Made by a program: the position numbers and the translations under genes. The notes beneath the pieces are model-generated. The model saw nothing but the letters and a program-made list of their open reading frames with translations. It ran no database searches and was not told the origin of the DNA. Source: Gracilinanus agilis (Eukaryota). From it: DNA of 64,000 bases. Position 1 is the first letter of the stretch; each line of letters starts with the position of its first letter. Positions 1-10,599 of the stretch are shown here, one piece after another. The stretch covers positions 429,563,511 through 429,627,510 of the forward strand of contig NC_058133.1 in assembly GCF_016433145.1 (NCBI RefSeq), written 5' to 3'.

Positions 1-189
1 GAAGGGGGAAAAGTACTAACTATTATTGTCCAAACTGTAATTGTCTTTCCCTTAATGTAGTTTTTGCCTCATCACTAGAGGTCTTTGATCAGATACTGAA
101 TGACAATTCATAACAGATGAATGGGCCATTTTGAGCAAAAACAGGTTGGACTAGATAGCCTGTTAGGTCACTCTGAGATTCTAGAAAAG

Positions 190-480
190 GATATGAAAGG
201 ACAAGCAAAAGAAAAAGAGAATTTACAAGGGAGAAATATCACTTCTGGCTGAGGACTCAGAGATCAAAAAGATTGCATAGATTTGCTTTTCAAATTGGGC
301 CTTGGAAGGATGGGTAGAATTGAAACTGGCAGTAAAGGAGTAATAGCACAGGATGAAAAGTATGAGAGAAAACATGGAGTCAATAAGTCATTGACTTTTT
401 TGGGCAAATGACAAATTTATCACAAAAAGATAAGATAAATGAAAAGTACTAGCAGTAAATGAAGCTGGAAAATTAGATTC
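190..480 (-). mobile_element. L2 LINE 3'-region fragment, heavily decayed
   Basis: Purine-rich text typical of antisense L2 (e.g. gggccttggaaggatgggtagaatt, aaatgaagctggaaaattag); family recalled, not searched. Confidence 0.45.
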
Positions 481-1089
481 AAAAGTATCTGTATATTCAC
501 ATGTTTTAAAGACATTTTTTATTCCACTCTACCTTGAGAAAAGATTCAAAGTTTGCCTGAAAAGAAGGTACATTTTTTCAGCCTTCCCCTGAAGTGAAAT
601 TGAAAGGAGGAAACCAAGAATGTGCTACTGGTAAAGTAATTGAGTACCAATAAAATAGTTTTAAGAGCAATAGTATAAGCTGCAAAGACCAAAGCTAATG
701 GAAACACTGTGAGACCACAGTGCGTTCCAAATTATGCAACTGATTAGGTAATAGAATGCCTCCCTCACTTTTAGAGGGAAACAGAACATTTGAAAATAAT
801 TAAAACAATTCCATTCCCAGCTATCCATGCATTTCAACAGTGTTAATTATTGTGGTGCCTAAGGATTAGACAAAGAATACAGAGCAAAGCTCAAACAAAT
901 CTAGTTATGAGTTGACCTCTGGTAAGGATACAAAAACCTGGGCTTCCCTGTGATTTACCAGTATCACAATCAACAAAAATGAGAGTTGGACCAACTAGGT
1001 TGAAACTTTTATATTCTCCTTATCCCTAGAGACATCCTTTTACTTCATTAAGTGATATACCTTGCTAATGTGGAATTGTTGGAGTTGGA

Positions 1090-1680
1090 TGATCCAGGCA
1101 TTTTAGAAGGCAATTTGCAATTTTTTTTTAAGTTCTTAAAATGTTTATGCCCTCTGACCCAGAAATTCCATTGCTCGAGGTATAAGTCAAGGATGTAAGT
1201 GATACAAGGAAAGGTCTCCATATACACTAAAAATACTTATTAGAGCACTTTCATGGTTGCAAAGAAATGAAAACAAAGTAGATTCCCACTAATTAGAGAA
1301 TGGAAGAATAAAATGTGGTAGAGTAAAATAATAAAATATAACTGTTCTATAAGAAATGATTATTATAATAAATTCAGAGAAGCATAGGAAAATATAGGAA
1401 TGGATGCAAAATGAAGTAGAAATAACCAGGAAAATATATTAGTATAATAAAGTAAATAGAAATAACAATGTAAAGTGAATACCATAAAATCATGATCAAA
1501 CTTGGTCCTAAAGAAGAAATATTGTATGGTGTCATCTCCTTTGTAAGGATGGAAAATTGTATGGGTGTAGAAAACTCCAGATTATATCAGACCTATATGT
1601 TGGTTATTTTTGATGAGCATGCATTTGGAAAGGGTACCCCATTCTCACATTGGTATATTCTTCTTAGACTCTACATTTTG
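1090..1680 (+). mobile_element. Old L1 ORF2 3' end / 3'UTR fragment
   Basis: ctgacccagaaattccattgct...aatacttattagagcactt...aataaaatgtgg, the L1 ORF2 C-terminal motif series. Confidence 0.6.
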
Positions 1681-1699
1681 TGGATGCGTTTAAGTTGGT

Positions 1700-2086
1700 C
1701 TTCATTCCCTCCTGACTCTCTTTCTCTCTTTGTGGCTTCTGGACTTCAAATAATGCTTTCTCATCCTGGAACTTCCCTCAGAACCTGAAGCCATCTACTT
1801 CTGGAACACCTCTGTCTGCAGCCATCTAAATTTGTGTATTATTTATCTAATTTTGTGGTTCGGCTCAATCTGACCTTGTTTTCTCTCCTGGCTATCTTCC
1901 TCACTTCTATACTTTCAAACTATAACCCTACAATGATCTCTTTTTTCATCTCTCCCTTTTATGTTGTCTTCCACTATTTGAAGGTGGGTTCCTTAAAAAC
2001 AAGTACTGGAGTTTTGTTTTGTTTTGCTTTTACTTAAATGCCCAGAACCAACTCTACTACCTGATTTATATGAAGCATTTAATAAG
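1700..2086 (+). mobile_element. L2 3' end
   Basis: Pyrimidine-rich body ending gggttccttaaaaacaagtact...tgcccagaac...gcatttaataag, like the L2 terminus. Confidence 0.5.
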
Positions 2087-2094
2087 TCCTCCTT

Positions 2095-2347
2095 GGTGTA
2101 ACTAAGTGGATGAGTGGATAGAGTGCCAGATCTGTTATCAGAAAGAGTCATGTTCTTAAGGTCTAATTTGGCTTCAGACACTTACTAGCTATGTGACCTT
2201 GAGCATGTCACTTAACCCTGTTTGCTTCAATTTTCTCATTTGTAAATTGAGTTAGAGATGGAAATGGCAAACCACTCCTATAACTCTGCCAAGAAAACCC
2301 TAAATAGTCACAAAATATCAGACATGACTGAAACAACTGAACAACAA
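2095..2347 (+). mobile_element. MAR1-type CORE-SINE
   Basis: tRNA-like head, core cagacacttactagctatgtgaccttgagc, MAR1 tail ggaaatggcaaaccactcc...gacatgactgaaacaactgaacaac. Confidence 0.8.
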
Positions 2348-2479
2348 TAAAAAATGCTTGCTTCCTTCCAATCTCAGAGATTCTCTAAGAAAGTCTTATA
2401 GCCTCTGTCAAAATTATACACAAAAAAGAATCATTCAGAAGGCATTGTTGAAGATGTTTTCATTTGCTTTTGCTCTCCT

Positions 2480-2590
2480 TAACAATTAAGTTCAATAACC
2501 ATTTATTAAACGACTACTATGAACCAACTTCAGTGCTAAGCACTAGGAACACAAACAAAAAAAGGAGAAATTGCCCTTATTTTTTCAAGC
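2480..2590 (-). mobile_element. L2 3' terminus, antisense
   Basis: caataaccatttattaaacgactactatgaaccaa...gtgctaagcactaggaacacaaac. Confidence 0.55.
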
Positions 2591-2724
2591 TGGAAAGTTG
2601 TCAAATATGAACTACATGAACTATAAACAAAATACTGTGTGTCACTTGTCTGAAGACTAAAATAGCTAAGTTCACAGCAGACTGTCACCTTAATTAGGTT
2701 AGTAGCATTTGGGAGTTTTGTGAA

Positions 2725-2778
2725 TATATATATATACATATATATATATATACATGCTCTACATATATAGGTGTGCAT
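2725..2778. repeat. (TA)n-rich microsatellite
   Basis: Interrupted TA/CA dinucleotide run directly before the gap. Confidence 0.9.
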
Positions 2779-2870
2779 NNNNNNNNNNNNNNNNNNNNNN
2801 NNNNNNNNNNNNNNNNNNNNNNNNNNNNNNNNNNNNNNNNNNNNNNNNNNNNNNNNNNNNNNNNNNNNNN
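2779..2870. other. Assembly gap (92 N)
   Basis: Run of N between two microsatellites. Confidence 1.
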
Positions 2871-2871
2871 A

Positions 2872-2934
<63 letters not shown>
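2871..2934 (+). repeat. (AAAG)n microsatellite, 16 visible units
   Basis: Perfect AAAG array after the gap. Confidence 0.98.
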
Positions 2935-2935
<1 letters not shown>

Positions 2936-3099
2936 GAAAACATAAAAATTTTCCTTGGTGTGGATAGGACAAGGTTAATGTACAATAGTCATGATAAGGA
3001 ACTACTTATAAATGCAATTTTGCTTTTGTTTTTCCTAGCATGGAATTTCAGAAAGAAAGAATTAGAAAAAAAAAGAACAAAATCAAGGCAGGAATAGTT

Positions 3100-3300
3100 G
3101 ATGCAGTATGGTAAAACGAGTTCTGAACTTGGAGACAGAAGATCTGCATTTAAATTCAGACCTCTTGAATTTATTAGTTGTGTGACCTTAGGCAAATCAC
3201 TTAACCTCTCTTTTCATTAGTTCTTTCATCTGCAAAATTAGAGGGCTGTCCTAGCTGAATTCCAAGGCAGCTTCCAGCTCTAACAGTCTTGATTCTGTGA
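3100..3300 (+). mobile_element. MIR SINE
   Basis: CORE motif ttgtgtgaccttaggcaaatcacttaacctctc...catctgcaaaat. Confidence 0.7.
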
Positions 3301-3319
3301 ATTGGACCAGAAAGTGATT

Positions 3320-3445
3320 TGTATTAGCCTTATTTGAATATGATTTCTTTGAGGGCAAGGACTTTCTCTTTGCCTATCATTGGTTTCCCAGTGCTTTTCA
3401 TAGTGCCTGTTACATAGTAAACACTTAATAAGTCCATGTTGGTTA
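3320..3445 (+). mobile_element. L2 3' terminus
   Basis: tttgagggcaaggact...ccccagtgct...agtgcctgttacatagtaaacacttaataa. Confidence 0.65.
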
Positions 3446-3799
3446 ATTAACTATAAAATGAAGGAGTCAGACTTGATGGCTTCTTAGGTCACTTCTAGCC
3501 CTAGATCTTTGATCTTAGGTAGTAAGAAAACTCTTAGTTATCCTCAATGGATTCAAGTCTCTTGATCCAATGAACCATACCACCAGGCACTGATGGTGCA
3601 GGTAGATGTGATTACTTAACCAGCATTCATGATCTTTGAAGCATCATGATGGAAAAGAGCTTTGTCAGGATGTAAAACAGGCAATTCTGTCTTGATTTCA
3701 AAAAGGAAAATAATGTATATTATTTGAAATGGTCTGGTAGAGTTAATACCAGTTTCTTCTGTGAATTTAAAACATAATGTGAAAGGATAGTTAGAGATT

Positions 3800-5170
3800 T
3801 GAGACCTGAGGAATATGGCCTGGATACTTGTTCTATCTGGGGCTACAGCAGTGGGAAAGGAAGAGTGAGGAAGGAGCTCTCACCAATGAGTGAGTGTGCT
3901 TGCTGAGGGATTTGGGTCCTGTTGGCTGTGAATACTCCCAGGAGAGTGGATGTGTCCCTGGTTGCCACAACAGGAGGAGGTGGCATGTCAGCTTATAGTG
4001 GCAGAATTGCCTAGGGGTTCTGTTTGGAGCACCCAAGATCAATCAAGGATTGGGACTTGAGTGTAGGACCCACAGATCACATTAGACCCTGGATTTAAAA
4101 AATGGAAAAAATAAATACTGCCAAGGAAAAAACAAAGATACACACACACACAAAAATCCTGAAACCTGAGGCAACATACCCCAGAACCATAGGGAGTCCA
4201 TCAAAAAACCAATAATTAAATCTATTAACCTTTCTGCTAAAATTTTTAAAATAAAATTTAAAAAAGAACAACCAAAGGAGAAAGAACCCAACTTTTGATA
4301 GCTACTATGGGGGCAGAGAACAACTTGATCTAGACTGAGAGGACAATGGAGTAAAGATACCTTTTTCAAAAACAGCAAGGAAATTCTGTAAAGGGCCATA
4401 AGCTCAAGAGCTTGTGGAAGAGCTTTAAAAAACTTCAAAAACCAAAGGAAAAAAGTTCAGAAAAAAAACTAGGAAAAAAATAACAAAAAAGGTCAACTAA
4501 ATGGAAAAAAAGAGATACAGAAACTCACAGAAGAAAATAATCAATTAAGAACTAGAATTGGACGAGGACAAGCTAATGATTTCCTAAGCCAACAAGAAAT
4601 AATAAAGCAAAATCAAAAGAATGAAATAATAGAAGAGAATATGGAACATCTTATTACAAAAACAGCAGACTTGAAAAATGGATCAAGGAAAGATAATGTA
4701 ATAATAATTGGACTCAAAAGTTAAGATAAAAAATAGACACTATACTCCAAGAAATCAAGGAAAACTCTACAGACATACTAAGAACAGTGAGTAAAATGAA
4801 AATTTAAATAATTCACTAATTGGCACTTTAAAGAGACCCAAAGATGAAAATATTCAGGAACATCAATGATAAATTTAATAACTCTCAGGTTAAGGAAAAA
4901 ATATTAAAAGCAAGAAGGAAAATAATGACACTGTGAAGATATAGTCTGAATAATAGGCAGCATTCTCAACATTAAGAGGGAAGGACATAAAATACAACAT
5001 TTTGTAGAGCAAAAAAACTGGGTTTACAATCAAGAATAGCATATCCAGCAAAACAGAGCATAATTATAATAGGTAAAATTGGATATCTAATAAATGAAAG
5101 CTATTTCAACTCTTACTGGGGAAAAACCCAGAACTTGGTAGAAAATTTAATCTACAAGGAACACACAGAG
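3800..5170 (+). mobile_element. L1 5'UTR + decayed ORF1 (no ORF2 or 3' end seen)
   Basis: A-rich ORF1 text: gacttgaaaaatggatcaaggaaagataatgtaataataattggact, caggttaaggaaaaaatattaaaagcaag, ccagaacttggtagaaaattt. Confidence 0.75.
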
Positions 5171-5189
5171 AGGGCAATGTCAAATTAGT

Positions 5190-6930
5190 GGCTTTGGAGC
5201 AGTGAAAGCTGGAACTGCTCAGCAACCCTCTCAAACCAATCATAAAATAATTCCTCAAAGTGACTGAAGTCACAGAACTAATAAGGGGATGGAATGAGGT
5301 AGCTCTCCTGTGGAAAACAACTTGAAAGGTAGGCAGAGCGAGCCAATTTTCACATGATAAGGAGGAAGGAGAAGTAAAACTGTACACAGAGGAGTGTAGG
5401 CCCCCTTGGTTCCAAACTTTGGCACAAAACAACTTTCAGACACCAGGACTCTGCTTAAGCCAACAGCTGTGCCCCTTACACCCACTCTTTGAAGTCCCAC
5501 ACTCTGGAACCAGCCATCAGGGAGGCTCTGATTTTTGTAGGTCTTTCAAAACTGCAGTGAAATCCCCAGTCACAGAGCAAAATAACTCACAGTGCTCTAA
5601 GTTCTGAGACCCATTAGCAGAGGAGACCAATCAACAGTATTCAGACTTTCCAGCCACAAGAAAACAAAGGCTGGGAAAATGAAAAAACAGCTTAAGAAAC
5701 ATGTAACCATAGAAAATTTCTATGGAGATGAATAGCAAGGCAAACACTCAGTCAGGGGCTCCACTGAATTCAAAGTCATCACAAGCAAAACTTCAAAGAA
5801 AAATGGGAATTGGTCTCAGGCATTGGGATAGCTCAAAAAGGAATTTAAAAAGCAAATAAGAAAGGTGAAAGAAAAAAAAAAGAATGAAAGTAATGCAAAA
5901 AGAAATTAACAGCATAAAAGTAAAATTGGTCAAGTAGAAAAAGAGGCACAAAAATCCAATAAAGAAAAGAGTTCTATGTAAAGTAGAATGGGCCAAATGA
6001 AAAAGGAGGATCAAAGGGTCATTGAAAAAATATTTAAAAAATTAGAATTATATAAATAGAAATTAATGACTTCATGAGACATCAATAAACATTAAAACAC
6101 AATCAATAGGAGAGAATAGGAAATATCTCATTGGAAAAAAGAATTGACCAGGAAAATAAATCTGGGAGAGACAATCTAATAATTATTGGACTACCTGAAA
6201 ATCATGACCAAAATAAAAAGCCTAGACATCATATTACAAGAAATTATACAAGATAATCTTGAATAAGAGGATAAAATAGAAATTGAAAGAATGCACAGAT
6301 CATCTATTGCAATGAATCCCCAAATTAAAACAACTAGTCTAATATCTAAAATTATGAGACTAGTTGTAGCTTAATAACTTTATTAAATCAAAGTAGTATT
6401 AGTAGTAAAGAGAGGGAAAAGTAGGAGAAAGAGGAATACTTAACTTTCTAATCTATGGTCACCATTTATGGGCCTCTAGATAAACTCTGATGAGGGTCCA
6501 TTCTGCTCTCCACACTCATGCCCCAAAACCAAGACTCACTCCTTGTCTGAACTTATAAGCTTTTTTCTCCACCCACTAACTCTTACACAGCACATATCAG
6601 GAACCAATCATAGTTTCTTAATTTGCCTGGGCCACCCAGGGGGCAATGCCCGTAGAATCAGTTTTCTGTTTCATTGGTTCCTTGGTTCTTTAACTTCTTT
6701 TCTCTGAGGGCTTATCTATACCTGAATTTACTCAGTGGTATTTGACATCTAGGTCACTGAGAGATGATGTTAAAAAGGCAACACTGGAGAAAGAGAAATT
6801 TGCTTTCAACACTAGGAATATTATAGCCAAACTCAAGGTGTCCCAGGTCAAGGAGAAAATACTGCAAAAAGCCAGAAAGAAATAATCAAATATCATGGAG
6901 CCTCAGTCAGAATAGCTCCAGAATATCATA
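5190..6930 (+). mobile_element. Second L1 5'UTR + decayed ORF1, interrupted by a solo LTR
   Basis: gaccaggaaaataaatctgggagagacaatctaataattattggactacctgaa; ORF1 resumes at ctaggaatattatagccaaactc after 6811. Confidence 0.75.
6338..6811 (-). mobile_element. Solo LTR (474 bp), probable class I ERV
   Basis: Minus strand begins TGTTGAAAG; AATAAA ~40 nt before its end (6379-6384); 4-bp direct repeat CTAG at 6334-6337 and 6812-6815; cleanly splits L1 ORF1. The 3' terminus reads GA instead of CA. Confidence 0.65.
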
Positions 6931-6999
6931 TTTCAAGCCTTTCAATCCTTCAATGTGGAAGCAGACAGATACTGTGTAATCCAGATTGGGACAACATTA

Positions 7000-7250
7000 G
7001 TATAATGTTGGAGATTAGGTTGAGGTCAATGGAAGAAAGGTGCTAAAGGATGAGGAAATCTAGGAAACTAGATTCAAGTAAAGAAAGCAAGAAGTTTAGA
7101 ATCACTGAGATTAGGGGAATATAGTCAAGTGAGAGTTTTTAATTTCTAAGGAATGAGTTTAGCTAGATTATCAATATTCCTAGGCTTCAAGGTAGAGATT
7201 TGTTAGGACTTTATTGAGTAGTGTCTTAAAAATTAGCACGTGTGATGGTC
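7000..7250 (-). mobile_element. L2 internal fragment, antisense
   Basis: Resembles the antisense L2 endonuclease-RT interval; weak. Confidence 0.35.
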
Positions 7251-7499
7251 CATCAATTCTTCCTAATTTTCCCTTCCATGTCCATACCAATGCACTGGAT
7301 TATCTTTGAGGAGGGAAGTACCCAGGCCAAGAGAACGACCAAACTAGTAGAAGGAATGGGATGAGAGACCTTCATCTGAACCACAGAAGTTTTTCAGTAG
7401 CATTATATGTCTGGTTTTCCCTTGGCATAGACTTCAGGCTTAGCCAGCTTGAAAAGGATTGCCATTAAAATTTGACTAAATAAAAGAAGAGAAAATATC

Positions 7500-7700
7500 T
7501 TTTAACTTTTAAGTATATTCAAAAAATTGGAATGGACTATTATAGAAGGTAGTGGGTTCCATGTCACTGGAGGCTTTCCATGGGAAGTTGGATTCCCTCT
7601 TGCTAGAGATATTCTATACACAATGTTTGGAGCAAGAGTCGTACTGATTGCTTTGTGCAGTCCTTTCCAGATATTCCAGAACAATTCTATGATTCTCTGA
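7500..7700 (+). mobile_element. L3/CR1 3' end
   Basis: aattggaatggactattatagaaggtagtgggttccatgtcactggaggc...ttctatgattct. Confidence 0.6.
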
Positions 7701-8399
7701 ATAAAATCTTAAAATCAAAGGATTTTTCACTGTAACACATTTTTATCTCCTCAAGATGCATTAAATAATAACAACATTGGGCATTTCTTTAAGTTTTGGA
7801 AAATTATGTTTCTGAGAAAAAGGAATCTATGGAACTTGATTTTATATTGAATTTTAAATGACTTCTCTGAAATGTGTATTCTATGGAAGCTGTTAACTGC
7901 AACTCTGGCTACAGCAAGCAATATTGAATTTAGAGGTCTGTAAGTCATCAAGGAAAAGCACATTTTGTTATTCAGAAGCTACATTTATTTGTATTGTTAG
8001 ACTGTACATATTTTTGCCAAAATCTGTCATTTAAACTGTTTTTTGTTATATAAATATTTTCAGTAGAACAGAGAACCATACTTCTCAAGGAAGTGAGATG
8101 GCCTCATCCAAAAATATTACCCACATCTGCTTCTCTAAATTACTACATGTATTTTAATCTTTTATCTGGCACACTGAGGAAAGAAATCTTAAAATAGATA
8201 AGACATCTCAATTCTATCTAGGAATAAATAGCTCCAATAATGTTATGGAAGGCTAATGAATATTTTCAATAAATCACATTATAGTAGAACAGGTGAAAGT
8301 AACAAATCTAAATTTATAGTATTTTCTACACACATGAACAGTTTTATTCTATCTACTTAAACTCATAAAATACTTAATATACTTTTTGTCTATAAAATG

Positions 8400-9230
8400 T
8401 CATCCATTTACTTACAAATATTTATTGAATACTTTATGCTCCAGTTAACACTGTGAGGGTTACAAAGATTTATGAGATTCCTGCCCTCAAATATCTTATA
8501 GTCTAGAGGGGATATTTGATGTATACACATGTATGCAATATAAATATAATTTTTTGAAAACTAGATAAAAAAGGAGATTCAAAATTGAAACATTCATCAC
8601 ACCTTATTATCTACAGAGGTCTGAACAAAGTACTTGAGAACATAGAAAGTTAAAATAAAACATAGCTTTTCCTTTCATGGAGCTTACAGACTAGGTATAG
8701 TATAAGAACCAGACAAAGATAGCTGTAGTAGAGCATATTACATGATAGAGGAACAAAAAAGCATTTCTATGTGAGGGCTAAGGTAAAATACACCATTTTC
8801 GCCAACCAGAGAAAACAGAGACGACCACAAACACAGGGAAGATGGCCTCTAATTGGGGACTTCAAAAGTTATTAAAAATTTGAAACAGAGTTAGTAGTTT
8901 CAAGCCATAGAGAACAATGTGGCCAAAGACAATGTTGCTGGAAACATAGGTTATGTTACAGTCAGATAGTGCTGTGATGTGGCTGGTCAGTCAAGGACAT
9001 GAGATAAGTCTGGAGGATAAGGTGGTATTAGATTGTTTAGAGCCTTGAATATAACAAAAAGGAAACTGAACTTTACTTAGGAAGTAATGAGAAGCCCCTG
9101 AATATTTTTGGAAGAAAGAGCAGCATGAATAGATCTAAGATATGTATAGTGTGTGTGAGTGGGTGAAAGAGAGAGTCAGAGACCAAAAGAGACACCAGGT
9201 GTGAGCTAAAGTCTAGCATACCTCCACCAA
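8400..9230 (-). mobile_element. L2 3' region, antisense
   Basis: aaatatttattgaatact, cctgccctcaaa...atagtctagagg, tttcatggagcttacagactagg, agattgtttagagccttgaat. Confidence 0.6.
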
Positions 9231-9239
9231 TGAAGAGTA

Positions 9240-9362
9240 GGGAGGGAAGACAGAAAGACAGATAGAGAAGAGAAGAAGAGAGGAGAGGAGAGGAGAGGAG
9301 AGGGGAGGGGAGGGGAGGAGAGGGGAGGAGAGTTGGAGAAGGGAAGGGAAGGGAAGAGGAGG
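9240..9362 (+). repeat. GA-rich simple repeat (GAGAG/GGGGA/GGGAA units)
   Basis: Near-pure purine tract. Confidence 0.9.
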
Positions 9363-9929
9363 GGTAAATATAGACATATTTTATCCTAAAGGTTTTTTGT
9401 TTTGTTTTGTTTTGTTTTTTTATATTTAGCAAGAACATCGTTTTCACTGCTGTGATAGGTAGTTTGAAAAGCTACTAATATATGAATTTCTACTCATTTT
9501 GTGAAAGATCTGTATTTATTTCTTCATTTTTATAAAAGTGCAAGTATAAACCTCATTTAAGAGAAATTGCTTTCTTAAGTGGAAAAATCTTCATATAAAG
9601 GATTTTTCTCTAATCTTTCTTCGTGTTTTTATTTTAATAGTATTTCTTTGCCTGGATCATGATAAATATTTAATAAATTCTTGTTTGATTGATTTTATAC
9701 ATAGCCTCTTAAATTTTTTAATTTTGCTACAATTTTCATAGCTTTTTTTTTTCTTTCCAGTTACTTTGGTCTCTCAAATTAAGATGATATTACCAAGAGT
9801 TTCAAGTCATTCTCAGGACAATTATAAGTAACTAAAATATGAAGACTGTGCACCTTTACATAACTAGTCTTACATAAGGCCACTGAGTATATATCTCCTA
9901 TTGAATTATTATGAAATCCTGCAGGCATA

Positions 9930-10260
9930 GATTTTTTTCTTTTAAATTTATATTTCTCCAGATTATATGTTGACATAATTTTAAATATTTGTTTTCTCAA
10001 AATTTGCAATTCAAGTTTTCTCCCTCCCTTGAACACTTACCCCTATCCTTTTCCCCCTTCCTAAGAAGGCAGGTCATATGATATAGTTTGTATATATATA
10101 TATGTTATCATATAAAATCTATTTTCATGTTCATCATGTTATGGCACAATAGTAGTCCATTACTAGTTCATACCTCAACTTTTCAGCCATTCCAAAATTG
10201 ACATTCCTTCAGTTTCCAGTTCTTTTCTATCACAAAAACAGCCCTTCTAAATATTTCTTA
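9930..10260 (-). mobile_element. L1-derived 3' end (WALLSI4/HAL1-like tail), antisense
   Basis: caagttttctccctccc...ccttcctaagaaggcaggtcatatgatatag. Confidence 0.5.
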
Positions 10261-10599
10261 ACTAGCTTTTCCCTATTACCTGCTAAATAATAAGGCATGA
10301 GGCAACTGAACAGTTTAACTAGAGTAGCTGGAGGGAAAATGAAATTGCAAGGGAAAGTGTAAGTAGCAAAGAAGTAAAGAAACTGTATATAATTTTTTTT
10401 TAAATTTGGCAGTCCTGATGAAAAAAGGACCGGAATTTTAGATATGAATTAAATAGCTTATTATAAGGGATATTATTATGATTGGGAAGATCTTAGCATG
10501 TTTGCAGTCAAATTAGAAAGAATTAATGGATAGGAAGTGACTGAAGATGATTAAAAGAAGGGAAAGACTCATGTAGTAGCAGCCTATAGAAGAAAATAA

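Noticed and set aside
2536-3097. Several ORFs of 60-150 aa (FLSFFLSF / KERKKERK repeats)
   Set aside because: Translations of the (AAAG)n and (TA)n microsatellites across an N gap.
9430-9827. Two further plus-strand exon-like segments (9430-9458 and 9761-9827)
   Set aside because: The acceptor tracts come from simple T-rich repeats, the donors are moderate to weak, and no peptide is recognisable.
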